This document shows positions 32,149 through 33,704 of a DNA stretch of 33,704 bases, in pieces. Where the stretch lies: IMG/VR virus record IMGVR_UViG_3300010273_000169, positions 1-33,704 of that record, one strand, 5' to 3'. Numbering within the stretch: position 1 is the stretch's first letter; every line of letters starts with the position of its first letter. The position numbers and the translations under genes are program-made. The notes below the pieces were generated by a model. That model worked only from the letters and a program-made list of their open reading frames with translations, was not told the origin of the DNA and ran no database searches. The DNA is from a virus (Duplodnaviria; Caudoviricetes).

Positions 32149-33704
32149 AAGCCGTTATCTACGCCCGATACTCACCTGGTCCTGATCAACGCGAGGAATC
32201 CATTGAAGGCCAGATTCGGGAATGCACGGAGTATGCGGAACATCACGGCATAACCGTTGTAGGCCATTACGCTGACCGCGGTATCAGTGGCCGCACCGAC
32301 AACCGGGCAGAGTTTCAGCGGATGCTTAAGGACTGTGAGAAGCGCCTCTTTGACGCGATCATTGTATGGAAGATCAATCGGTTTGGCCGTAACCGTGAAG
32401 AGATCGCGATCAACAAGGTCCGATGCAGAAAACACGGTGTAAAGGTCCTCTATGCCAAGGAGCACATCCCTGACGGTCCCGAGGGGATTATCCTGGAGTC
32501 AGTACTTGAGGGCATGGCTGAGTACTACTCTGCGAACCTGGCACAAGATGTTAAGCGCGGGATGAAGGAAAATGCTCTGAAGTGCATGTCCGCAGGTGGG
32601 ACAACGCTGTTCGGCTATCGGATCGGCGCCGACCGTAAGTACGAAATCCATCCGACCAATGGTCCTATCATGCAATGGGCCTTTGAGCAGTATGACAGCG
32701 GCAGAAGCTTAACCGATATCGTGAATGAGATGAACGCGAGAGGCGTAAAGTCCGCTACTGGCAAGCGGTTCACAACGAACAGCCTTCGGACCGCGTTCCG
32801 AAATCGGAAGTACACTGGCGTCTACATCTTTGATGATGTGGAGATCGAGGGCGGCATGCCGGCCCTCGTCGAAAAGGACCGCTTTGAGAGGGTGCAGAGG
32901 AGGTTGGATATGAACAGACGCGCCCCGGCCCGTAACAAGGCCAAGGTAGACTATCTCCTGACTGGTAAAGTGTTTTGCGGTCACTGCAATGCGCCTATGG
33001 TAGGGGAGAGCGGAACCGGACGCGGCGGCAAGACCTACAACTACTATAAGTGCGGCAAGGCCAAAAAAGACCATACGTGCAATAAGAGATCCGAACGCAA
33101 GGAGTGGCTAGAGGACCTGGTTGTCCGGGAGACCGTGGAGAAGGTTCTCGTCGATGACGTCATTGACATGATCGCGGAGAACGTTGAGAGGATTCAGGAA
33201 GCGGAGCGCAAGGACAGCGACCTCCAGTACCACGAAGAACGGCTGGCCGGCACCGAGAAGGCCATACGTAACCTGCTGAAGGCCATTGAGCAAGGCATCT
33301 TCACGCCCTCCACCAAGGACCGGTTGGATGAGCTGGAGCAAGAGAAAGCGGAGATAGAGAATGCTATTCTTCAGGCCAAGTCAACTGCTAGAGTGACGGT
33401 CACCAAAGATCAAGTCAAGTATTGGCTCAAGAGGTTTCAGGCGGGCGACATCAACGATCCTGAATACCGTCAACGTCTCGTGGAAACATTCGTGAACGCG
33501 GTTTTCGTGTATGATGAGGACTCTGACCAGGGCAATGGTGACAAGAAGATTGTTATCACCTATAATTACACAGGTGGGCAAACCACGGCTATTGGTTCGG
33601 ATTTGGCACAGGAATACCCACCACGTCTTATTAGTTTCCTCAGCGTTAAATGCGAGGGTGTCGGAACTGGCAGACGAGCTGGACTTAGGATCCAGTGCCC
33701 ATAA
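32145..33704 (+). CDS. Large serine recombinase (integrase)
   Basis: YARYS catalytic Ser, ADRGISG, RFGRN, recombinase domain, CGHC..YYKC..C zinc ribbon, coiled coil. Confidence 0.96.
   Translation: MKAVIYARYSPGPDQREESIEGQIRECTEYAEHHGITVVGHYADRGISGRTDNRAEFQRMLKDCEKRLFDAIIVWKINRFGRNREEIAINKVRCRKHGVKVLYAKEHIPDGPEGIILESVLEGMAEYYSANLAQDVKRGMKENALKCMSAGGTTLFGYRIGADRKYEIHPTNGPIMQWAFEQYDSGRSLTDIVNEMNARGVKSATGKRFTTNSLRTAFRNRKYTGVYIFDDVEIEGGMPALVEKDRFERVQRRLDMNRRAPARNKAKVDYLLTGKVFCGHCNAPMVGESGTGRGGKTYNYYKCGKAKKDHTCNKRSERKEWLEDLVVRETVEKVLVDDVIDMIAENVERIQEAERKDSDLQYHEERLAGTEKAIRNLLKAIEQGIFTPSTKDRLDELEQEKAEIENAILQAKSTARVTVTKDQVKYWLKRFQAGDINDPEYRQRLVETFVNAVFVYDEDSDQGNGDKKIVITYNYTGGQTTAIGSDLAQEYPPRLISFLSVKCEGVGTGRRAGLRIQCP
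33594..33623 (+). other. Candidate prophage attachment junction within the integrase 3' end
   Basis: GGTTCGGATTTGGCACAGGAATACCCACCA has a tRNA-3'-end-like GGTTCG...CCACCA layout; the protein loses integrase-like character after SDLAQEYPP. Confidence 0.45.

Larger units (their letters stand above)
1..33623. mobile_element. Temperate siphovirus-like prophage (continues beyond the left edge; right boundary probably near 33623)
   Basis: Complete syntenic order integrase-CI/Cro-replication-late activator-terminase-portal-head-tail-fibre; no lysis genes in the window. Confidence 0.95.

Noticed and set aside
33594-33623. Intact tRNA gene at the right end
   Set aside because: Only GGTTCG and CCACCA fragments are present; no cloverleaf can be folded, so it is kept only as a candidate att junction.

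Overview
The window is most of a temperate siphovirus-type prophage, probably from a Bacillota (Firmicutes) host (inferred from AGGAGG ribosome-binding sites, a sigma-A promoter, and SPP1/A118-like morphogenesis genes). At the right end, on the + strand, are a large serine integrase, a Zn-ribbon/L7-L12-like membrane protein and a CI repressor. The minus strand then carries cro and early genes, followed by a replication block: a divergent beta-clamp-like protein, DUF2800 Cas4-like nuclease, DUF2815 SSB and a family-A DNA polymerase. Next come an accessory PAPS-reductase/PQ-loop/methyltransferase cassette, a VapE primase-helicase, an iteron origin, VRR-NUC, SNF2 helicase and a RinA-like late activator. 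The late genes follow: HNH, terS, terL, portal, a MuF-type minor head protein with a C-terminal toxin-like domain plus an unannotated immunity-like gene, scaffold, major capsid, head-tail joining proteins, tail tube, frameshifted tail chaperones, tape measure, Dit, hub and tail fibre. Lysis genes and the left att site lie outside the window. The most striking observation is a solitary type I-C CRISPR repeat plus a 34-nt spacer between terL and portal. The spacer is a synonymously diverged copy of the conserved terL motif DDAMAALRYG about 90 bp away, suggesting a phage-borne guide RNA that co-opts host Cascade against related phages while sparing itself. Other highlights are the MuF toxin-immunity pair, tandem pseudoknots over the scaffold RBS, and a clear -1 frameshift signal. 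All family names come from motif recognition by eye; no database searches were run.
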